Notes: generated by a model from the letters alone, not told the origin. DNA of 64,000 bases from Planctomycetaceae bacterium (GCA_044508635.1 JBIQHI010000004.1:5476-69475), one strand, 5' to 3'; counted from the stretch's first letter, positions 28,247 through 38,021 are shown. Made by a program: numbers and translations.

Positions 28247-30451
28247 CTACTCCACCACGGTCACCTCCACGTGGTCCACGCGCACGGTGAACGGCGTTGT
28301 CGTGTTGCCGCGCGTGTTGAAGATGCGCACGCGCACATCGCGATTGGTGGAACGGATGTAGTTGTTCTGCAGCGGGATGTCGAGGTACACCTTGGCCGTG
28401 TCGGTGGTCGGCGTGTTGAACTGCGGTTCGAGCAGGTGCCACCCGCCGTTCACCCAGTCGCGCAGGTACAGGCGCGTCTTGTTGTTGGCCTGGCCGGTGT
28501 AGCTCAACTCGATGCGCACGTTCATCTCGTCCACCGTCGTGGCCGGCGCTTGCAGGCGAATGAAGAAGTCCGTGCGCTGGGCTGCGTTCATCTGCACGGA
28601 TTGCACCGTGAGATACTGATTGTCGGACGCTCCAAGCTGCGCGAGGCCGCCGCTCGTGATGGTGCCCTTGTTCACCGTGATGCTGGTGAACGGGATCGGC
28701 TCGGGCTCCGGTTCCGTGCCGGCGCAATCGACGCTCAAGAACCCGTTCCCCTGCTCGCCGCTCGCCCAACCGCCGACACGGATGAGATACCACTGCCCTG
28801 CGGTGGCGTTCACCTGAATGGTGCTGGAGTACGGCTCGTTGGTGCCGCATGAGTTGATCGGATCATCGTCATTGCACGCAAGCAGGTGCGCGAGCAGGTT
28901 GCTGGATGAGCAACTGATCGCGCCTTGGCTGGCGTACGGGCCGTAGAGCACGAGATCGGTGTCATAGGTTGGATCGCCCGCGTGGTGGATGTCATCGCAG
29001 GTGGTGACGGTGAGCACGCCGTTGCACGAAGCCTGGTAGCGATACCAGATGTCATGCCACGTCTGCGGCTGGCCGAAGTCGTTGCATGAATTGCTCGGGT
29101 TTTGCGGTCCGTCGGTGCCGGCGTTGAGCGTGGAATAAGGAATCACGCCGTTGCCGATGACGCTGGCATTGGCGCAGGTGTCGTTCTCCGGCGGGCCAGG
29201 GATGCCGCAGGAGCCCGTGAGACAACTCACGGAATTGCGGTAGGCGATGATCGAGTTGATCGCCCCGCTGTTGAAGCTGTTGGCGCAGGTGATGGATGGG
29301 TTCATCGTGCTGCCCGGGCAGTTGCAGTGCGAAGCGCCCCAGAGGTGGCCGAGCTCGTGGGCGGAGAGGTCGGTCGCGCAACTGAACGTGCCGTTGAAAT
29401 CGGATTCAGCGATGCAGTAAGAGCCGTCGGTGCCGAAGACGCCGCAGTTGCAGCATCCGCTGGCGTGACAGATGTCGCCGATGTCCGCGGCCTGGCCGAT
29501 GGTGCCGCCGTTGATGGATTTGCCGGTGAACAGATGCGCCACATCACGCGTGATGCCGCCCTGGTTGTTCGTCCATTCGGTGATGAACTGGCAGAGCAGC
29601 GTGGTGGAATCGTTGGACGAATATGGGTCGGGCTCTGCGGTGCGCACGAGGATCGTGGTGATCTGATGCGTGAGCGCGACCTGCGCTTCGTACTGGATGT
29701 TCACGGTGTTGATGACGGCGTTGATGCGGTTCTGCGTCGCCGCCACCGTGCCGTAGTGCAGGAAGTATTCGCGGTCCGCATCGCATGCGAGCTGCGCGAT
29801 GCAGTTGCCGCCAGCGACGCCGCCTTCGCCGAGCGGAAAGGCGATGTCATCGTGATTCGCAAGCTCGACTTCGCGGCCGAGCAGCGCATCATCCACGCCG
29901 CACGCGCCGTCGAACGGCACAACGTCCGCGGTGCGGTAGACCACGTAGAGCCCGAGCTGCGCATCGGGAAGCATCGGGCCGACAGGCTCGATCCAGATGC
30001 GGTCGCCATCGGGCATGACGACCATGGCGTGGAGACCATCTTCAAGAAGCGAGGCGGCGACGATGCTGCCGGGCACGCCGGCGAGACGCCCGCGCAAGGT
30101 GCGCTCGACGCCGGGATCCACCGCGACAAAACTGCCGTCTTCGACTTGGGCCAGCACCTCATAGTCCGGCGCGCGGACAGAATGCGGCTGAAGATCGAGC
30201 ACGTGCTGCACGCCGTCGATCGTGACGGGCGTCATGAACGCGTCGCCGGGCTCGGCGTCCACCTCCATCATCACAAGCTGGGCGCGTTCGAATGAGATCA
30301 CCTGCTCGAGCTGCGCCAGCCGAATGTCCGTGGCGGTTGCGAATGCCTCCATGAGCGGCGCCATCGCGAGCGCCTGCGGGGTACCCGGAAAAGCGAGCGC
30401 CAGTGACGCAGTGACAGCGGCGACACCAGCAAACAAACGTGCTGAAGCCAT
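28247..30451 (-). CDS. secreted metzincin metalloprotease (reprolysin/M12B-like) with Cys-rich PPC-like domain and shared C-terminal module
   Basis: 734 aa with signal peptide MASARLFAGVAAVTASLALAFPG. The zinc motif HELGHLWGASH fits HEXXHXXGXXH. A Cys-rich segment NDTCANASVIG...WYRYQASCNGVLTVTTC...ACNDDD follows. The last 147 aa are homologous to the tail of 26150..27841. Confidence 0.85.
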   Translation of the reverse strand: MASARLFAGVAAVTASLALAFPGTPQALAMAPLMEAFATATDIRLAQLEQVISFERAQLVMMEVDAEPGDAFMTPVTIDGVQHVLDLQPHSVRAPDYEVLAQVEDGSFVAVDPGVERTLRGRLAGVPGSIVAASLLEDGLHAMVVMPDGDRIWIEPVGPMLPDAQLGLYVVYRTADVVPFDGACGVDDALLGREVELANHDDIAFPLGEGGVAGGNCIAQLACDADREYFLHYGTVAATQNRINAVINTVNIQYEAQVALTHQITTILVRTAEPDPYSSNDSTTLLCQFITEWTNNQGGITRDVAHLFTGKSINGGTIGQAADIGDICHASGCCNCGVFGTDGSYCIAESDFNGTFSCATDLSAHELGHLWGASHCNCPGSTMNPSITCANSFNSGAINSIIAYRNSVSCLTGSCGIPGPPENDTCANASVIGNGVIPYSTLNAGTDGPQNPSNSCNDFGQPQTWHDIWYRYQASCNGVLTVTTCDDIHHAGDPTYDTDLVLYGPYASQGAISCSSSNLLAHLLACNDDDPINSCGTNEPYSSTIQVNATAGQWYLIRVGGWASGEQGNGFLSVDCAGTEPEPEPIPFTSITVNKGTITSGGLAQLGASDNQYLTVQSVQMNAAQRTDFFIRLQAPATTVDEMNVRIELSYTGQANNKTRLYLRDWVNGGWHLLEPQFNTPTTDTAKVYLDIPLQNNYIRSTNRDVRVRIFNTRGNTTTPFTVRVDHVEVTVVE

Positions 30452-30590
30452 GGCCTTTCCTCCCGTCGTTGGATGTTTGAATCAGCCGCAACCTTCCCGA
30501 TGCGACCGCCCCGCCTTGATGATACCTCGATCGCAACCTCGCGCCGTGAGAAATGTGCTTCTCATCGGAGCACGTTCCGAGCGCTCCCCT

Positions 30591-30740
30591 TCGGGTCGCG
30601 GCTAAACGCACGTGGCAATTTCGACCTTTCGACCTTTCGACGTTTCACCCCGCGCCGCCGCGCTCGCCTCCCGTTGGTCGGGTCGCGGCTAAACGCACGT
30701 GGCAATTTCGACTTTTCGACCTTTCGACGTTTCGACTTTT
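30591..30740. repeat. two direct copies (87-bp period) of a 55-nt element containing CGAC(C/G/T)TTT 8-mer micro-repeats
   Basis: 30591..30646 and 30678..30732 read TCGGGTCGCGGCTAAACGCACGTGGCAATTTCGAC(C/T)TTTCGACCTTTCGACGTTTC, with one mismatch. The second copy runs on into GACTTTTT. Confidence 0.85.
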
Positions 30741-30784
30741 TACCGCAACGGAAACATCCGCATGGCTCGCCGCGATGGCGGCAA

Positions 30785-30833
30785 TAAAAAAAAGACCGCG
30801 CCCCTCGGACAATGAGCGTGACGGGGCGCGGTC
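30785..30833 (-). terminator. strong Rho-independent terminator ending the pseudopilin operon
   Basis: The minus strand has a perfect 11-bp stem GACCGCGCCCC-N18-GGGGCGCGGTC followed by TTTTTTTTATT. It lies 34 nt after the stop at 30867. Confidence 0.8.
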
Positions 30834-30866
30834 GTAAGATGGCTCAAATTGGCTGCGTGAGCGAAA

Positions 30867-33800
30867 TCAGTTCGGCAGCTTCTCCAGGTAAATGATTCGC
30901 GGCTTGTCGGCCGGGCTGTTCACGCGGCTGCGATCGACGAGCATCACATAGCGGCTGTCGTCGATGATGTATTCCGGATCGGTGGCGTCCCACACGCCCG
31001 ATTGCGGGTTCTGGCGGAAGCTGCGCACGCGGAAGTACACCGTGAACGTGTCGCTCGTCGTGGTGATGAGGTTGCTCATGCCCGCGAAGAGCAGGTTGTG
31101 TTCCTCGGCGTCGGCCGCGGCGCCGTCGCCTTCCTTTGCGTCCGGGGCGTTGGGCAGCGTGACATCGGTGCTGATGTACGAGGATTCGACGCCGGCGAGG
31201 CCGCTAATGATCTTGAAGGGCTCATCGGCGGCGAGTTCAAAGCTCCATGTCTTCTGATCCACGGACAGGTTGTTGAACTCGACGATGTTGCCGGTCCCTT
31301 CTTCGTTGAGCGTGAGCAGTTCGCCTTTGACAGCGAAGCCGCGCCCGCCGCGCATGAAGCCGGCGCCCGTCGCGCTGGTGCGACGATCGGTGTAATCCGG
31401 CCCCTTCGGGAAGCCGGTGCGCAGGCCGTTGACCGGCGAATCGTTTCCGTTGTACAGCTCGCGCGCCTGCACGATCGCCTCGGCCAACGCGCTGCGCGGC
31501 ATGTCGGAGAGGTTGAGGCCGGAGGCGCCGCTGCTATCCGCATGAATGATCCGGTTGGCGAAGGGCAGCATGCGCAGCACTTCCACCGGCGCGGTGTTGA
31601 TGTTGATGAGACCGTGCACGGGCAGGCCGGTGAACGCATGCGCCAGCCGGAACGCAGGCGGAATCTGCACCGCGGGCGGCGGCGGCGGCGCGGGAACGGG
31701 GTTGACGCCGGGACCATCCAGCGTGAACGCTTCGAGCACGCGCATCGCCGCGGGCAGCGCCGGCGGGATCACCTGCGGCAACACGCCGCTCGGCATCACG
31801 GCCAGCGGGCTGCCGTTCATCACGCTCTTGGGGCTGTAAGGATTGAGCCGGCCGACGCGCACGCGTTCGGCAAGCGGCGAGTTGCCAAGACGCTGCACTT
31901 CCGCCTGCATGGCTTCGGCGAAGGTGGTCACTGTCTTCTCATACCCGTTCGAGTTGGTGATGAGCAGTTCGTGGCTGACGCCGAAGACATTGAGCAATTC
32001 GCCGACCTGCTCGAACTCGCCGTCCTTCTGCAGCATCTGCAACGCGAACTCGAGGTTCTCGTTTCCGCCGGCGAAATCCTTGTCGGGGTATCCGTTGGCG
32101 TTGTTGTCGTGGTTGAAGCGAGCGGGGAACGCAGGATCGGAGCCGAAGGTGAACCTTGGCTGCGGACTCGCGGAATCCAGCGCGAAGATTTCTTCGCCCG
32201 TGGTCACTTCGTGGCTGGCGAAGATGTAGCGCGGGTTGTGCCACTTCATCTCGGGCCGGATGCCCCACGCCCGCTTCACGTGCGCCCACTGCGCCCAATA
32301 GCGGGACGCGGGGTTGGCGCCGGCGGTGACGTTGATGACGCCGGGCCAATCGACGCCGTCGCCGGGCTCGTTGCTGCAATCGCCGCTGGGCTCGGTATTG
32401 TTGAGGCGCGTCACGGCGGCGCGGAACGCGGGCTGGGCGCCAGGCGCAGGCGGCGGCGACCCCACCGGCGGCGGCGGTGGATCGAAGCGATCGATCACCA
32501 CACGCGCCACGCCGCCACCCGGCTTGAACGGATCCGCAACGACGCGCACAAGCTGAACGCCGTCGGTCGTCGCGGCCTGCGCGCCGAGGCCGGCGTCATA
32601 CCGCGCGCGATCCGTTGACCACACGCCGAAGGGTTCGACGTCGATGTAGATGATGTTGTTCTGATCGAGCCCCAGGGTGCGGGCCATCGTATCTTCGAAC
32701 GCCGCGCCGCCGAGATCGTCATCCATCAGCACAAGCGTAAGCGTGGTCGGCGTGCCGTTGGTCGCGGGCGGCAGCACGACTTGCGGCGCGCCTGGCCCCG
32801 TCGTGGCGCCGGTGAGCTGCGAAAGGTCGAACGACTGGCCGAACACTTCCACCTCAAAGTGCTCGTGCATCGGGATCGCCGGGTTGGAATTGCTAAGAAC
32901 GATCGGCGAGTCATACGGATTCGCAAGCTGCACGACGACGAAGGTGGTGTGGTCGGAATCGCCGCACACGATCCAATCGCCGGTCTGGATTGGCGCCCCG
33001 TTGTCATCGCTCGGGTGATTGTTGATCGCCTGTGTGCCGGCGTGGTAGACGTGACCGATCATCGCCTCGACGAGGAAGGGCTGCTTCTCCATGCCGTAGG
33101 CGCGCAGCTCGCCGCCGGGGTTCGCCTGCCCGGGGAGCAGATCGATGCGAACGGCTTCGGCGAGCGGCGCGTTGGCGTCGGTGTCGCTGTACGCCTTGAT
33201 GTTCGCCGCCAGCGACGCCGCCATGCGGTTCGCGCTGATGAGCGCCGTCGGCGTGATGCCGTAGTACGACTGCACGGCGTCCGGATCGAGCAGGCAGCGG
33301 CGCAACACCTGGTAGAGATACGTCTGATCGTCGGCGTTGAGGAAGTTGTCGCGGTTGTAGTTGCCGGACTGGGCGCGGAGATCAACCTTCTGCATCGCCA
33401 GTTGACGCGCGGTGGGATTGAGCTGCGACCAGTGCAGTTCATTCGGCAACCGACCGCTCGGCCACAACCACGGCGGGAGCAGATCGTTGCGCGTGGCGTT
33501 GTAGGTGGTCACCAGACGGCGCTTGTCGATGACGAGGCCGCGATTGGAGCGCTGGTCAAGGTACTCGGAGGACTCTTCGTGCTGTACACCGGCATGCATC
33601 AGTGTATTGGCAGTTGAGTCAGTCGCAGTGAGTGCGTATTCCAACCTACTGAATGACCACGGGTTGTTGTTGCCGTGGAACATACGCAACTCTAGCTCGT
33701 CGGCCACAGTGAAAGGCGTAAAGCCGCTCTGCGGATACGGCGTGTACGGGCCTTCTACGCCGACGTCTAGCCACCAGATCATTCGCTGCGCCTGGGTCGG

Positions 33801-35318
33801 CGACCAAGCGCCGATTCCAAGAGTTGGAACAAGTAAACCAACTTGTTGAATATGGCGCTGCCAGTACATCAGCGGGTTTGTAGACGGAGTGCCGAGGTAG
33901 TAATTGACGCTATCGATAGCAGCTCCGGGAATCGTCACAGAGTGGTTAGGGGAGTCGCAGAACCCCACTGAGTAGTTGTTGAGGTTCGCTACTTGCGGAA
34001 ATCCGATTGGTGGTGTCGTCGGATGCCCGACGAATGCAAGATCAGCCGGCGTTGTTCCCTTTGTCCGGGAGTCAGGCAAAAATTGCGTCGAATCTTCCGA
34101 CGGCACGAAGCGCGTTGCAACATTGACATTAGCCATACCGTTGTTATCAATGACCCGCACACCAACAATGGTCCGCACGCTGCGATCGATGGACGTGGGC
34201 GCGAGGAACCAGTATGAATCCGTGAAGCCGTCGCCGTCCGTATCACAAAGCACGCGGCTGACGAGATTGCGAGCCGTGCCCCTGATGAACTCGCTCTGCA
34301 TGGATTCCTGCGGAACGCCGCCGATGTTCCAGTTGAACTTGATGCCGTCGCCGTTGAGGTCGCTGAGCTGAAGGAACGTCGGCGGAATCCACTCGGGATC
34401 CGTGAACGAGTTGACGTAGCCCTGCGTCGGGTCGGAACTGAACCATCGGCTGAAGCGCTCGAAGAAGTTGCCGGGCACGCAGGGCAAACCGGCGGCGCTG
34501 ACCGCGCTGGCCCCAACGCCGCCCGGCCGAATGGCAAGGAACTGCTCGACGGGCAACGAGAGATCGGTGAGCACGCCGCCCCCGCCGATAGATTGATTGG
34601 CAAAGGTGACGGCGCCGGTGACGTCGCTGATGTCCTTGCACAGGCGATAGCCGTTGTTGGCGTGCGCGATGTAAGACATGTGCCGCCAGTGCGAGAAGAT
34701 GGTGATGTCGTCGGCGGTACCGAGCAGGCCGTCAAAGCCGGGCAAAACAAATCGCTGCGGTTCGAGGTCAGCGAGCCAGCGCGCGTCGTTCGTGCCGGGG
34801 TCGCCGATCGGGTTGTACTCGCCGAGGTCGGCGAGGATGGGATCGGCGACGGTGCCGTCCGGGTAACGATTGCGGCCATCGGTCGCCGGGAGCGCCGGAT
34901 TGAAAATCGGCAAGCCTGCGTCGGGCCAGTTCGTCCATGGGATGACTTCGTTCTGGCCGAGGTTGAAGCGAACGCCGTTGTTCAAATCAATCAGGTTCGG
35001 CCCGTGGCGCACGCTGTCCTGCGGGATAGGCAAGCGCGGCGTGTTTGCCAGGAAACGCTCGGGCGCGCCGGCGGAATAGTTGAACGGGCGCGCGAAGAGC
35101 GCTTCGGCGATGGAGGTCGCAAGATCGTTTGCGACGTTCGTCGCAATGGCTTCGCGCCCCTGCATGTACTGCTGCGAGGCGCCGGTGATGCGCGTGCCCT
35201 GCACGCGCGTGATGTACGCCGAGGCGATGATCACGAGCAGCACGAGAATCGCCGTCACGAGGATAAGCGAGTTCCCGCGGCGCGTGTGCTGAAGTTGGTT
35301 CGTGTTGCTGTGATTCAT
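30867..35318 (-). CDS. giant GspK-like minor pseudopilin (1483 aa)
   Basis: The ATG at 35318 is preceded by GGGGAG. The ORF extension to 35762 would overlap the upstream gene. The N-terminus RRGNSLILVTAILVLLVIIASAY is a pilin-like hydrophobic helix lacking Glu5, as in GspK. GLININTAPVEVLRMLPF lies near 31.6 kb, and the C-terminal SDTFTVYFRVRS lies near 31.05 kb. Both are GspK-type motifs. Confidence 0.75.
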   Translation of the reverse strand: MNHSNTNQLQHTRRGNSLILVTAILVLLVIIASAYITRVQGTRITGASQQYMQGREAIATNVANDLATSIAEALFARPFNYSAGAPERFLANTPRLPIPQDSVRHGPNLIDLNNGVRFNLGQNEVIPWTNWPDAGLPIFNPALPATDGRNRYPDGTVADPILADLGEYNPIGDPGTNDARWLADLEPQRFVLPGFDGLLGTADDITIFSHWRHMSYIAHANNGYRLCKDISDVTGAVTFANQSIGGGGVLTDLSLPVEQFLAIRPGGVGASAVSAAGLPCVPGNFFERFSRWFSSDPTQGYVNSFTDPEWIPPTFLQLSDLNGDGIKFNWNIGGVPQESMQSEFIRGTARNLVSRVLCDTDGDGFTDSYWFLAPTSIDRSVRTIVGVRVIDNNGMANVNVATRFVPSEDSTQFLPDSRTKGTTPADLAFVGHPTTPPIGFPQVANLNNYSVGFCDSPNHSVTIPGAAIDSVNYYLGTPSTNPLMYWQRHIQQVGLLVPTLGIGAWSPTQAQRMIWWLDVGVEGPYTPYPQSGFTPFTVADELELRMFHGNNNPWSFSRLEYALTATDSTANTLMHAGVQHEESSEYLDQRSNRGLVIDKRRLVTTYNATRNDLLPPWLWPSGRLPNELHWSQLNPTARQLAMQKVDLRAQSGNYNRDNFLNADDQTYLYQVLRRCLLDPDAVQSYYGITPTALISANRMAASLAANIKAYSDTDANAPLAEAVRIDLLPGQANPGGELRAYGMEKQPFLVEAMIGHVYHAGTQAINNHPSDDNGAPIQTGDWIVCGDSDHTTFVVVQLANPYDSPIVLSNSNPAIPMHEHFEVEVFGQSFDLSQLTGATTGPGAPQVVLPPATNGTPTTLTLVLMDDDLGGAAFEDTMARTLGLDQNNIIYIDVEPFGVWSTDRARYDAGLGAQAATTDGVQLVRVVADPFKPGGGVARVVIDRFDPPPPPVGSPPPAPGAQPAFRAAVTRLNNTEPSGDCSNEPGDGVDWPGVINVTAGANPASRYWAQWAHVKRAWGIRPEMKWHNPRYIFASHEVTTGEEIFALDSASPQPRFTFGSDPAFPARFNHDNNANGYPDKDFAGGNENLEFALQMLQKDGEFEQVGELLNVFGVSHELLITNSNGYEKTVTTFAEAMQAEVQRLGNSPLAERVRVGRLNPYSPKSVMNGSPLAVMPSGVLPQVIPPALPAAMRVLEAFTLDGPGVNPVPAPPPPPAVQIPPAFRLAHAFTGLPVHGLININTAPVEVLRMLPFANRIIHADSSGASGLNLSDMPRSALAEAIVQARELYNGNDSPVNGLRTGFPKGPDYTDRRTSATGAGFMRGGRGFAVKGELLTLNEEGTGNIVEFNNLSVDQKTWSFELAADEPFKIISGLAGVESSYISTDVTLPNAPDAKEGDGAAADAEEHNLLFAGMSNLITTTSDTFTVYFRVRSFRQNPQSGVWDATDPEYIIDDSRYVMLVDRSRVNSPADKPRIIYLEKLPN

Positions 35319-35355
35319 GATGAAGCTCCCCGCGTGCGCGAGGCGTGTTCGGAAC

Positions 35356-36948
35356 TCACCGCCCCACTCGCTGCGGAAGGCGCAGCACGATCTGCACGTC
35401 GCGGCCGTTGGGCAGGCGCGTGTTGACATCGTGCAGCGTGAGCGTGACGCGGACGGCGCTCGGCCAGGGCGTGTAGGCCATGTCAATATCTGGAAGGCCG
35501 GTGGCGGGATCGAGCGGCTGCGTCTGGTTGTAGCCGAAGATCGCTTCGTACACCTGCAGCGTCGGCGTATCGACCACGAGTTGCTCGATGTTCGCCGGAA
35601 AGATCGTTTCAATCGGACTGGGCGGCGAGAACGTGGAGAGCGGGAACGTGCCGCGCGCGTCGTTGCCGAGGTTGGGTAGTCCGAACCACGGCTGCTCGAA
35701 GGCCGGATCGAAATTGAAGCCGCGGAACTCGTTGCCGTTATTCGGCAGGCCGTCGCGATCAATGAAGCCGACGCCGTTCGCGTACGTCCAGTCGATGCGC
35801 ACGGAACTGCACGCCGAGCCGATCACGCTGTTGGTGAGCGCCTGATCGACGCGGTGCATGCTGGGCGCCTCGCGCTCGGCGCGGCGGTATTGCATGGTGT
35901 CCTCAATGCGGGTGCGCTGCGTGACGCCAGCGCCGAGCCACGGCAGCGCCGTTCCGCCGCTGAATTCCACGCGATTGCGCACCTGGTGCATTTGTGTGGC
36001 CGCGACATCCACACGGCCATCGCGGATTTGTGGGCTTCCCATTGCAATAAAGGGATCGTTCATAAAGATCGATCGTGCAGCCAGATTCTGCAAATACACT
36101 GTCTTTGAATTTGCGTTCGGCGCACTGTCATCATCGTCTGCAAGCAGCACTTGCTGTCGCAGAAGCAGCCATTGGTTCGGTGGCGGCTGGGTTGCATCAA
36201 CCGAAGGGCCGGGTTGCCGTTGAAATATGTCGGTCGCATTGCCGGTGCCAGCAATCGTACGAAATCGAGTCAGCACCATCGGAAGATTGGCATTATGCGT
36301 CCAAGGGTTGATCTCAGGGCCGCCGAAAATGTCGATCGAGGGCAGAGACGGGCTCGCGTCATGCGCTAAGCCGTTGTTCGCTCCTTGAGCCGAAAACGGA
36401 TCAGCATTCGGGAGTTGGAACCCATGTCCAAAATAGACGAAGGAGACCGTCGCTTCTCCCTTGTGATACAAATTTTCGCTCATGCGAAAGGTCTGGGCAC
36501 TTGCGAGAGAATTGGTGAAATACACCATCTGATCGGCGCGGAAGAAATGATTCGGCGAGAGCGACGGATCGAGCAGATCGTTGACGCCGTTGATGTCGTT
36601 GCGCACGCGCACCTGGCGGATGGCGAAGAAGCCTTCCGGCGCGATGGTGGTGAAATCCTGGCGAAGCTGGCGCTCGATGGTCGTCGCTTCCTGCATCACG
36701 TCCGTCGTCGCTTCGCTCAATCCCGTCACTTTCGTCACGGTGTCGAAGATCTTGCCGGCGGCGGCGATGACGACGAGCAGCACGACGACGGCGATCATCA
36801 GTTCCGTCAGCGTGAACGCGCGGCGAGAGAACGACCAGCGCGATCCTCGAAGACTCGTCACGCGCGGCTTCCGTACGAGGGGCATCGCCCACCGGATTTC
36901 GCCGGTTGCCTTGCTGCCCTGACGCCTTGATGCCTTCCGATTCATCAC
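35356..36948 (-). CDS. prepilin-type N-terminal cleavage/methylation domain protein (oversized minor pseudopilin, 530 aa)
   Basis: The N-terminus ...SRRA/FTLTELMIAVVVLLVVIAAAG has Phe+1 and Glu+5. The start GTG 36948 or ATG 36945 overlaps the upstream stop (GTGATGA). Confidence 0.85.
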   Translation of the reverse strand: MMNRKASRRQGSKATGEIRWAMPLVRKPRVTSLRGSRWSFSRRAFTLTELMIAVVVLLVVIAAAGKIFDTVTKVTGLSEATTDVMQEATTIERQLRQDFTTIAPEGFFAIRQVRVRNDINGVNDLLDPSLSPNHFFRADQMVYFTNSLASAQTFRMSENLYHKGEATVSFVYFGHGFQLPNADPFSAQGANNGLAHDASPSLPSIDIFGGPEINPWTHNANLPMVLTRFRTIAGTGNATDIFQRQPGPSVDATQPPPNQWLLLRQQVLLADDDDSAPNANSKTVYLQNLAARSIFMNDPFIAMGSPQIRDGRVDVAATQMHQVRNRVEFSGGTALPWLGAGVTQRTRIEDTMQYRRAEREAPSMHRVDQALTNSVIGSACSSVRIDWTYANGVGFIDRDGLPNNGNEFRGFNFDPAFEQPWFGLPNLGNDARGTFPLSTFSPPSPIETIFPANIEQLVVDTPTLQVYEAIFGYNQTQPLDPATGLPDIDMAYTPWPSAVRVTLTLHDVNTRLPNGRDVQIVLRLPQRVGR

Positions 36949-38021
36949 AGTTCCCTCACCATGATGTAGACCGGGGTGATCTCGACCTGAACGGGCTGGC
37001 CGCCGATTTGCACCGTGACGGATGTGGGCAGGTACCAGATGTCCGTGACGACGTTCTCCTTGCCGAGAAGGCTCGACATGCTGGGCGCTTCCTTGTAGTA
37101 CACCGGAAGATCAGGCACTTCCGGCACGGGTCGCATCAGCGTGACGGGACCGGACGGATCGTCGGGAAGCGTGCGACCAAGCTGCACACGGTGAATGTTG
37201 TTGTTCTGATCGAGAATCCACTGGCCGGGCATCTGCCACTGGAACGTGTGATCCGTCGGGTCAAAGGTCGAGCCGGGCGCGGTGCCGGGAACGACGACGT
37301 CATCTGGCGTGCCGCGCTTATTGTCCGAGCCGTAGCAATCCCACTGCCGCGCGGGCGATTCCAGCCGAAGCCAGATGGGGAGCGGCGGCACGGACACGTT
37401 GGTCGGGTTGCCGGGCACGCGATAGGTGAACGAGCCCATGTTCGGCGCGGCAACGCGATAGACGAAGATCGCGACGTAGATGCGCCCTTCGAACCGGCGG
37501 AACATGCAGTCCCACACATATTCCGGCTTGGGCGCGACATCCGGGTTCGCTGTCGAAAACGCCTGCGGGTAATAGCGCTCGCCCTGGCGGATGAAGATTT
37601 GCGGTGGCGTGCCGCTCGGGTACTTGATGGCGTTGTAAGGAATCTCGCTGGGGATGGCGCCGCCGCCGCCGAAGATCGCAATGCTGCCGGAATCGGGCGA
37701 GGCGCCGAGCCCGCCGGGGATGACGAAGCCGGGCCGTCGCCAGCGCCAGTCACCGGGGATGGTGGGAATGTCGGGGTCGATCGGATCGCCCGAAGCGTTG
37801 ACGATGAAGCCGAAGTCATCGGGGCGCACTTTGGCGCGAATGATTTCCAGCGCGTTGTTGGCGACGATCGGGCCGAGCATGTCATCGACGCTCTGCCGCT
37901 GCTGCACGATGCCCGCAGGGAAGATGGCGGCGATCGAAATCGCGCCGATGCCGAGGATGAAGATCGCCAGCAGCACCTCGATAAGCGAGAACGCGCGGCG
38001 GGATACCTGCGGAATGGTCAT
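36945..38021 (-). CDS. prepilin-type pseudopilin (358 aa)
   Basis: MTIPQVSRRA/FSLIEVLLAIFILGIGAISIAAIF. A 4-nt overlap joins it to the upstream gene. Confidence 0.85.
   Translation of the reverse strand: MTIPQVSRRAFSLIEVLLAIFILGIGAISIAAIFPAGIVQQRQSVDDMLGPIVANNALEIIRAKVRPDDFGFIVNASGDPIDPDIPTIPGDWRWRRPGFVIPGGLGASPDSGSIAIFGGGGAIPSEIPYNAIKYPSGTPPQIFIRQGERYYPQAFSTANPDVAPKPEYVWDCMFRRFEGRIYVAIFVYRVAAPNMGSFTYRVPGNPTNVSVPPLPIWLRLESPARQWDCYGSDNKRGTPDDVVVPGTAPGSTFDPTDHTFQWQMPGQWILDQNNNIHRVQLGRTLPDDPSGPVTLMRPVPEVPDLPVYYKEAPSMSSLLGKENVVTDIWYLPTSVTVQIGGQPVQVEITPVYIMVREL

Noticed and set aside
30473-30837. ORFs 30473..30787 and 30553..30837 as small proteins
   Set aside because: They read through the 87-bp direct repeat and the micro-repeats, and so encode duplicated peptides. 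There is no start context. The region is better explained as non-coding repeat plus terminator.
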